DNA of 64,000 bases, taken from contig CM022678.1 of the NCBI GenBank assembly GCA_012295275.1, positions 13,826,001 through 13,890,000 of the forward strand, written 5' to 3'. Of this stretch, positions 54,085 to 64,000 are shown piece after piece. The stretch comes from Chrysomallon squamiferum. Taxonomy: Eukaryota; Animalia; Mollusca. Both the position numbers and the translations under genes were made by a program. Below the pieces are notes generated by a model. That model did not search any database. It was given only the letters and a program-made list of their open reading frames with translations, and was not told the origin of the DNA. Within the stretch, counting starts at the first letter, position 1; every line of letters starts with the position of its first letter.

Positions 54085-57000
54085 ATGGCTAAATTTCAGT
54101 ACCCAAAAGCTAGGCGAGATGAATCTATCTCAGATGATTTTCATGGAACAAAGGTTGTTACAAACGTTTAGTGAAAGCTCCAACGTAACAACGGATATGG
54201 TTTTATTCAGTTAGCGAGATTCAGAGATATAATCATATATCTTTTATTCATTGTTTTAACAGTAATTGTAACAGAACTCCGTAATTTATATTTATTATTT
54301 AAACGAATCATATTCATTATATTAAAGATAATTGCCTTATTCTAAGAGCGTTTATGTTAACATTATTCTCAAAATTTCCAGGTAAGATTTGACTTTCTGA
54401 TTTAATGTTTATTTTTATAATTATTTAATAAATTTATTTTCATGAATATATTATCTTTTGTAGCGCATTTACATTTTTGAAGGCATTAAATGGGATTTTT
54501 ATAAACAGAAAAATAATAAGATAAAGGACACTGTAGGAACTGGCGGTTAGAGAAAAACGGATTCTGTAAAGGAACAAATTCTTCAACAAACAGTTTTTGT
54601 AATATAAATTCCCTGAAATTTTATATAAATTCAATTACAAAAAAACTTCCATCATTTAATAAAAAAAAAAGTAATTAAATAACAATAATAAAAAATAATA
54701 AATTTAAATCTAAGAACAGATTAAAAATAAGTAAAAATAAACTAAAATGTAAAAAGGCACATTTTTAATACACTTAATAAATAATTACTTGGCCAAAGGA
54801 AACTTTTAAAATACAAATTTCATTTGAAAAACTTAAATGGTGTGAAGCACATAGCTCAAATGCAGCAGCAGTATAAGCAAACAATTAAACTCTCTCATAG
54901 CATGTGTTCGGGGGTAGATATGCCAAAAGTGAAAAGTAAACAACTCAACTGCTTATGCAAATAGCATATAAAACCTGTAGAAAACCCATCAGACATCTAT
55001 GCATACAAAGGTTTGCATGTAGTGAGGCAAGGAGTGTCACATTATTATCTGACTTGTCACTGAAACTGAGAGATTCTCCATGTGCTCCACATATATCCAT
55101 CAAGTTGAATATTTAATTTTTTTGTTTTGTTTGAAATCACTTTGGCCAATTCTGATGTTGTTATCAGATGTTATATAGTGGTCATTTCAGTGTCATTATA
55201 TTGACATATTGATCTTTTCAATACATTTTTAGTATATTCTATATAAATGATCTTTCAACTAGATATAGTAAAATTTGTTTTGGCCTTGGGTATGCTTATC
55301 ATGTGAACTCTGAACATATAATTACATAATAATACATAGCTTCAATATGTCTCATGCCACCCATACTTATACTCACTTTTAATCTACCATTTTGCTAATA
55401 AATATTTTCTAACGTCCTTCTAAATTGATACACCTGACTGGCAGATGCAAGCTTCCTATCTTTATGATTATGCTTCATATTATATGTCAGATTGGTGATG
55501 CTTATCGGTGGCTGGAAGAACCTGATTCTGAGGAAACTAAACAGTTTGTTGACAAACAGAATGAACTTTCACGGCCATTTCTTGATTCCTGTCCTGTTAG
55601 AGAGAAACTTAAAAACAGGTATAGTACTAATAGTGTATGTATTTAAATTAATTATTATAGTCTGGCTAAAAAGAGTGTGTGTTTTGAATTGAACAAATAA
55701 TATTGTTTAAATTCTGATTATTTATTATAAATTACAACTATTGTTATTGAAATTATTTTATTTTGGAATGTTTGAAAAATATTTCCCTTTGTTTTATTTG
55801 AATACTTTCTCTTTGTCATTTTAGAATAACTGAACTATGGGACTATCCAAAATATTCATGTCCAAATCATCATGGTGACTACTATTTCTACTACCACAAT
55901 ACTGGCTTGCAAAATCAAAGGTAAGATTCTATAATAAGATGATATAAATAAATAATATGTTTTAATAATTGTAAAAGTCCCTTCTCTTTAACCTGAAATA
56001 TAAAATGTAACTATAATAGTAATAAATAAACAGCATAAATGCATTAGGTTTTTATAAGTCATTACTGTTTAGATATAGAGATCAAACTAATAGAAATAAA
56101 GTATGGGAATTTAAAATGTTTTTTTTATTTGACATAATGATGATAATATATTACATAAAAAGGCATACAAAAAATACAGGCTTTTGTTTGTTGATCATTA
56201 ATTATAATTTACATGGATAATCAGTGAAATATTGTTGTCAGGAAAAATAGCAAATAATAATACATTTATCATATTTATTATTATGTTTGTAAATATTAGA
56301 GGTTAACAATTAGATTCTCAGAAGTGACATTTTTTTTTTAACTGATGGCATTATATACATTTTCATCCTGCTATTTGCTTTTCAACATTACTTGATTTAA
56401 TGATTTTTCTTGGAAAGTAGGTCGAGACATTTGTGCACTTCCCTATTTATTTTGTTGAACAGTGGATTGCCATGAAAGCATTCATCAGCTTTGAAGCACT
56501 AGCTTGTAACAGTCCACCATTCCATTATGGATCCTTTGTCTTTGAAACTGTTCCTAAGACTTAGACAGTTCTAAAGCATTTCAAGAAACCATGGTTTAAG
56601 AACACATGCAAAATGCAATTAAAAAATGAAACAGAGTACTTGTGAAGTTCCATTGAGAATCTACCAAGGATAACCAGATAACTATCATCTTGCTAGGACT
56701 AAAGCTAAAGAGATAAGACATAGTAAAAAGTTATCATGGAGAAATTATATCTCCAAGCTGACTCATAATTCATGCAGATCTGTATGGAATAGGATTCCTA
56801 AGATCAAGGGAAAGTAATACTATCCATCACTTGTCTGAGAGTGACACAAATGTCACATTTCAACATGACACAACCAATCACTTGGCAGATAATTTTTCTT
56901 ACAGTTCTTCTTGTACTTTTATTTCTATTAAAAATAACTCAGACAGCAATCTATTAACTTTACATCTAGAAATACTGAGATTATTTAAAGAGTTATTTTT

Positions 57001-58043
57001 CTTTTTAAGAGCCTCAGGATACTGTATGCAGAACCAATTCTTCCAGTTATCACCATATTACACTTACTAGTTGCATTTATAAAACCATGGAGCAAATGAT
57101 CAATTGTAGACTTGTCTCGTTTCTTGAAGCTCACAAATTGCTTATAATGTGCAATATGGGTTCAGGTCCAGATATAAAATGATTAATCATTTTCTTGTAT
57201 TAGAATGTTTTGCAGGGAAAACCTACTTGCAGTGTTGTTGTTTCAGAGGAGTTGTATTTGTCAGACAAATATGTTAAAAACAAGGTCCTAAAGGCACTCA
57301 GGGTTTGAAAAGTGATTTGCTGTACTGAATGGGGAGCAGACCAAAAGGTCATGCTCTGACTTCATAGATCTTTGACATGACCAAAACTGGATTATGGATG
57401 CATTGTATATGGATCAGTTCAAGTCTCACTTACAACTGCAGGATCCAGTATGCAGCCAGGTCCTAGACTTTGTCTTGGAGCATTTAGGACTTCTGTAGAG
57501 AGTTTGTACTTTGCCAATATTGCCAGTAAGGACTTCATTTCCCAGCCATGTTGGAGTAATGATTAATGAACAGGCAGACTCTGCTGCCAAATCTGCTTTG
57601 GATTTGCCCATATGCTAAGACTGATGTGCTTTTCACTGTTTAGTCTGTATATCCTTGTTACTTGGCAAAGTGACTGGAATGGTATGTTTGTAAGCAAGCA
57701 TTGTTCTGTTAAGCCAGCCTGTAAAATCAGCAGTCGTCTTACAGGAGGAAGGAAGAAATGGTCTTGTGTCATGTCCACATTGGCCATATCCTCAAAACTC
57801 ATTCAGTTATCTTAAAGAAAAATCCTCCATCTCAGTGTGAGCACTGTCAGTGTATTTTGGTGGAATGCAGTCATTGTGCTGAGATAAGTAAGGATATATT
57901 TGGTACATGTGATGTGGAGGAATCGTGTAGATTCTTCCCAATCTTTTATTGTGCTGGGTTGTCATTAAATATTCCTTCAATTATTCATTCTTTGTTACTG
58001 ATACTATTATTGTTATTGTTGTTATTATTATTATTATTATTAC

Positions 58044-58086
<43 letters not shown>

Positions 58087-61000
58087 TGCAGTGTTCTCTA
58101 TCTACAGAAGGGACTAGAGGCTGAAGCAGATGTATTTGTGGACCCAAATAAGCTGTCTGCTGATGGAACAGTTTCTATTCGGAGTACTGCATTTTCTGAA
58201 AATGACAAAATATTTGCCTACAGTCTGAGTAGCAGTGGATCTGACTGGGTGGAAATAAAGGTGACTATCTTGTGTTATTATTAACATTAGCATTAATAGT
58301 TACAGTATTTAACTAATGTTTATTGGTCTTGTTGTTTTCATTTTTAAAATAAATAAAATAAAATAAAATAATTAACAATTTATTCCTGTTATTTGTCACT
58401 GGCTTTATTAATGATTTTGTTGTTATCATCATCATTATCAGTATATTTGTCATAATGTTATTGTTATTATTATTATTAGTCTTATTATTGTTTTTATTAT
58501 TACTGTTGTTGTAATATTATTTAAGTTTTTTGATTGTATGGACATTGTTCTTATAAATAGTTGTTTGTACAGTTGTAGAATACAAAATTACTGCTTTTTA
58601 AGATTTTTTGGCAAAATTTCTTGTAACAGGGTAAATGCTTTATTATAGGAGTTATTTTGTTTTTGTGAATTATTGTTTGTATTTTGTAGTTTTGAAATTT
58701 TACACTAAATAAATAAATTTCAGTTTAAAAAGTCTCCATCTGGTGAAGAGTTGCCTGATAAATTAGAAAAAGTCAAATTTACCAGCATAGCTTGGACACA
58801 TGACCACGAGGGAATTTTCTATAATGTAAGAATATAATATTTTATATAAATAATATTTAGTAACCTGAAATCAGTATTTTATATGTGATAATGAGAAATG
58901 AAAAAAAAAAAAAAAATATTAATAAGGTATACTTTATGAATGAGAATAAAAATTTAGAATAAGAAGAGTGTCACATTGACATGTTATTGCCAATGTGCAT
59001 TGGCTGCAGTATTTGTAAAGTTACTGCAAAGACAAAGCTGTTTGAAAAAAACCCTGAAAAGATAAAAATTCCAGTAAATTAATAAACAAAAGTCTTAATT
59101 ACTAGTTTTCAGGCTTCAACACCCAGTAATTTATTATTGATAAAATGAAATACCTTAATTTGTTGGTTAAAATTAGTACTAATGATATATTGTGCTTTAA
59201 ATTGAAAGTAAATTATAAATCATAGGATTTATGAAAAACCCCAAATATAAATAAATTATGTCTTCTGAATATTAATTAAAGTTATTAAACTTTCATAAAA
59301 CAGTAAACCTTTCAAGCTTCATACAATGAAAAATGTTATTATGATATATATATAGATATGAATATTTATGTTTTCTAGCGCTATCCAGATGAAGATGGTA
59401 AACAGGATGGAACTGAAACAACATCTAACCTGAATCATAAACTTTACTACCATCGATTAGGATCACCACAGTCCAGTGATGTTCTTGTTGCAGAATTCCC
59501 AGATTTTCCAAAATGGATGATGTAGACTGTTTGAGATAATTGTTAAATATACTTAGTGTTCTGAAAAAAACATAATGGCTAAATTATTATTATTATTACT
59601 GTATTTGTTAATTTTATTATCTTTATTGCTTTTCTATTTCTTTTTAACATCATTTTACTAATATTTTTTTATTGTTATTGTTATTATTATTTTTATAATT
59701 ATTGTTATTGCTTCCTCAAAAATAAGCATGACAAATGGTTTTATGAGTTTAGGCACAAATACATTTTTATATTGATCTGATTTGCATTATTTAATTATCT
59801 ATCTCATTTTCTAGAATACGTTTTTGATGTTTTTCCGTATTTTCCAGTGGTGCTGAAGTAAGTGACTGTGGTCATTATTTGATACTCTCAATTCGGGAAA
59901 GCTGTGAGCCAGTCAATAGATTATTTTATGTTGATTTAACATCTCTTCCAGAAGGAATCAAAGGTAACAGAAGATTAGTTACTTTGTTTGTTTTCATATT
60001 ATTACATGTTTTAAAGAAAAGTCATTAGTAACATCATCTTATGTTACTGCTGATACAATTACTACAGCATTATATTAAGTGTACCTACAAATGAATCATT
60101 ATTTTATTTTGTGTGAGAAACCTATACCATTAATAACAAATTATTGCAGTAGAATAGTATTGTTATAAAATATTTGAATGCTGCCATTTTACTCTTTTAC
60201 AACTGGAGTCATGATGTCAACAACACTCCACTACCTATAGACAGACTGGAAACTTTATTTAATTTAATGTTCTTCTTTTTTTCGTCAATGCTAGAAGAAA
60301 GCAGACAAAGTTGGACTACCTTGTACTCTGTGATGTCATGACAACAGAAAAATGTCAGCATAATATTTTAACTGTACTTTCTTGTTGTTTTGCTTTATTA
60401 TTAATTAAAATTATATTTTTAAAAGAAATCCAGTAAACATTTTCATTTACAATGTGAAAGTACTTTTGATAATCTACTAATATTATTAATTAACAAATTT
60501 TCACATTATTTACAATCAGTGCCTAAAGCTAGGATTATAAGACCTAAAACAATATGAGACATGTTGTAAGCATCAGTATAGGGAAATGGTGTTGTGGAGG
60601 TGTGGAGCATTTCAAAGCAAAGTGGTTACACTATTAATCTGATTTGTATAATTCAGTGGTATCTGAAACGGGCTAAAAGAACTTTGACAAGAAGTCGGTC
60701 AACTTCAGTACACAAACTTTATTTATAATTTATTTCAATAAAACATTTTATAATTGAAATATACTTTTTTAATTTCAGGATTATTGCCTTATGTGAAAGT
60801 AATTGACAACTTTGATGCTGAATTTGAGGTAGAATCGTTCTTTTGTTTCACACATATTAATTTTAAATTATTTATATTATTAAAACTGTGTTACTAGTGT
60901 TTACAATTTCATTTCATTTTATAATTATTAATGCTAAATTTAAAAATGTATTTGAAGTTTATTTTATGTGTAAGTGGATGATCACATCTTATTACAGTAT

Positions 61001-64000
61001 TATTATAATAGTTGTCTTCTTCTATACCTGATGACAGCCACTGATGAGTAATGTGTGGATTAAATATTCTAAACAAGTTCTGTTATTGTAATTGCACAGA
61101 AAGGCTGGGATTCAATAAAAACATAAAATGATAAATTTCATGTATTAGTAAAATATGTATAGTACCAAAGAGGCAGTTTTAATAGAGTTGGCAGTATGGA
61201 AGTGTATATCTGTATTGCTTTTAACTTTATTTTTTCAGTATATTACAAACAATAATTCAGTGTTCACATTCAAAACAAACCTTGATGCACCGCTGTATAA
61301 ACTGATAACTATCGACTTTGCAGACTTCGACAAAGTAAGACTTCTAAACAAATCTAGTAAATCATTTGAATGAATGTGTGCACACATGAGTTTATTTAAG
61401 AATTTCCAATGTGCAAAATAACCTCCTAACAGTCTTCCTTACATTTTGTTGTTGCTGTATTCTTTATTTTTAAAGGAAATAGCTAGAGACTAGTTACATT
61501 ATTTTTAATTATTAGATCATTTCTTTTGATATTCATATCATTAAAAATGTTATTCCTATTTTTATTTTTAGAGTAAATGGAAAACGGTGGTACCACAAGA
61601 CAGTAAATCAGTTTTAGAATGGGCAGCAGTTGTCAATGACAACAAACTTGTACTTTGTTACCTCAAAGATGTCAAAGTCAGTATAAGTTATTTATGCAGA
61701 TAATGAAAAACAATATATAGTGTGTTGAATGTGAAATAAATTTAGAATTTGAATGTTTTTGTGTGCATGCCTACCTGCATGTGTTTGTGTGGGTCTTGAA
61801 GTTGCAGTGACATGGAATTAAGTTCTAGATAATTAGCACAAACATACATACAGTTTTGTTATTAAGAACTTATTGCATTCAATGAAAGTTCAGTAAATTT
61901 AAATACAATATAATATAAACACTATGAAATACATTTATAATTTATAAAAATACTACCTATATTTTTATATTTAAAATATCAATAAGAAAGTTTTTATCAA
62001 AGAGTTAATGAAAAAGTTTCCATAAAAAGTCTGTAACTTTCGACTGCTTTGTATTCTGTCCAGTAAGTTATTTTTTCCATTACAAAGTCAGTTGGTTGAA
62101 TAATGCTTAAAAATGTTTATCATTTCTCATACTATTTGACTCTAGAAACACATTTGTATATTTCTTTTGGAATTATTACTTGACACATGACAAGTAAAGT
62201 CATTTAATTGTAATCATACTTAATCCCATTCCTTGTATCTACACAGTCTCACATTTAATCTTAGTCTCTTTTTAATCACAGGCTTGGTTTGAGAGGATTA
62301 AATTATTTTCATTTAGTAATACCAGTCAAATCAATTAATCAACATGTGTTGTAATAAAGAAAACAAATATTTGACGTTATAATTTAAAGAACAACAAAGT
62401 TTGCTAGTAATGATAGTAATGAAACCTGATTTTTTTTTTTTTAAATGAAGTGTTTTTCAACTTTGAGAAAAATGTACAAAAACTACATAAACATCCCATA
62501 CGCAACCACATAGAACTAATTATTACATATTGATATACAGCAGTCATAGGCAAACTGTAGCCTGCAAGACATTCTGAACAGAAAGCATAACTGGTGAAGC
62601 CCACCTGGTCCTTGAAAAAAGTTGCCCATTCCTATAAAGAAAAAAGTAAAATCATTCTAAATTATTAGGTACACTTAATATAATGCTTTTGTAATTGTAT
62701 CGGCAGTAAGGTAAGATGATGTTACTAATGACTTTTCTAGGAAATGTCTGCTTAGGCTTCATGTAGGCTCATTTGTTGCAGATATAGAGAGATAGAAAGA
62801 CTGACTGTCTGTATTTGCTTCCATCTAAAAAACCCATAATTTAATAGTTTTATCTACAAATTTACATAAATACTTTTTATTTAGTATCACACTGTTATTG
62901 CTTTGTGCTTTCTTTTTCACTTCATCTTTTTACCACTGCACTGCTTTAGTTCCTGATATTACAGACTTAATCTGTAAGTGTATAAGAAATACTTGTTTAT
63001 TAAGATTATTAAATTTATTTCAGAATGAACTTTATGTTCATGATCTTGTAACAGGAGAAAGGAAATGTCAGCTTAGGCTTGATGTAGGCTCAGTTGTTGG
63101 CTATTCTGGTAAAAGAAAACATAAAGAGGTAATTTGATAATAGTAACAGTAATAAAAATAATATTATTTTAGCAATTTATAAATTATGTCAGACTGTTAA
63201 TCATTAACATATAAAAAGGTACCAAGCATTTGAAATGTTTATTTATAGATATGTATTTTATAGATAGTAAATATTAAAGCATTTATTTTCAGTAATTTGT
63301 AATATTCTATATTTCAGTAGTTACTTTATAAATTTGCATTTTTCCTTTTCTTTAAATAGTAAAAATATTAATTTTCACATATAAAGTTTCAAAATTATTT
63401 TTTTCACAGATATTTTACATGTTCACATCTTTCCTGACTCCAGGTATAATATACAGATGTAACATGACCACAGATGTATATGAACCAAAGGTATTATTTT
63501 CTTTGTTTTATAAGAATTATGATAGTTTAGTTATGCAGCACACAATTGAGCTTGTAAGGTTGTAATCTCCATTGTTTAGGGCTGTCACAATCATTTAAAT
63601 TGTGTTAGAAGTATATGATACCCTATATACTGAACTAATGAAAGTATTATAAGATACCATTAGAATTCTATATAGTGACAGCTGTAGTTAAAATAAGATG
63701 AGAATATGAAAGTACTCATGAGGTTAAGAATGCACCAACACATTTTAATTACTCATCATTAAGGATCAGTAGTAATGAGAGATACATTTTTCAGTTGTAG
63801 GCTAGAAAATTTGTAGATACATCTTGCCACAGAAAGATTATCCTTAATATCCAATAAAGCAACAAGGCTGTTCAGTGGCCACTCTAAGAAAAATTGATCC
63901 TATGTTCTGTATTTGATCTAATTACCAAGTTTCTGCCCCTTTTTAGCTATTGGATGTAGCATTGTAAATAAAAATTTACATGTTGTTTTCTCAGGTGTTT
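54085..64000 (+). CDS. PREP: Prolyl endopeptidase (prolyl oligopeptidase, S9A): N-terminal part and beta-propeller; truncated by the window edge
   Basis: Exons 54085-54153 (an in-frame ATG also at 54073), 55491-55618, 55825-55920, 58092-58260, 58724-58825, 59379-59521, 59848-59963, 60779-60828, 61239-61334, 61572-61676, 63024-63128, 63410-63490, 63995->64000. Motifs [57 protein letters not shown] and FTSFLTPG match PREP. Confidence 0.96.
56400..58000 (+). mobile_element. Decayed, internally deleted non-LTR retrotransposon (I-group LINE with RNase H) in PREP intron 3
   Basis: Frameshifted fragments in LINE ORF2 order: [14 protein letters not shown] (~56580), VQYGFR RT motif (~57150), [18 protein letters not shown] RNase H motif (~57540-57600), VLC..IGH..THS..PP.QCEHCQC..LVEC zinc knuckle (~57760-57870), then a (TTA)n tail. 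Confidence 0.75.
58003..58086. repeat. (TTA)n microsatellite abutting the PREP exon 4 acceptor
   Basis: Directly visible; other (AAT)n tracts at about 2797-2826, 3255-3300, 4930-5040, 25607-25648 and 43120-43175. Confidence 0.9.
62739..62778 (+). repeat. 40-bp intronic duplicate of part of PREP exon 11
   Basis: 37/40 identical to 63060-63099. Confidence 0.9.

Overview
AT-rich, intron-rich, microsatellite-rich animal genomic DNA, most likely an invertebrate such as a mollusc (inference). Five spliced protein-coding genes can be rebuilt exon by exon with GT-AG sites and consistent phases. (1) A secreted, highly divergent peptidylglycine alpha-hydroxylating monooxygenase (PHM/PAM)-like gene on the minus strand (11817 down to 250, running off the left edge). 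It is essentially invisible in the ORF track; its CuH ligand His107 is replaced by Leu and Tyr79 by His. (2) DNALI1 (minus). (3) EMC2 (plus), head-to-head with DNALI1. (4) An RNF217 RBR E3 ligase (minus) with a long C-terminal extension. (5) PREP prolyl endopeptidase (plus, running off the right edge), head-to-head with RNF217. The window also holds Tigger/pogo and MITE remnants, a decayed RNase H-bearing LINE, hairpins and a sharp CpG-rich to CpG-poor transition near 20.8 kb. All alignments were done by eye against remembered reference proteins; no database searches were run.
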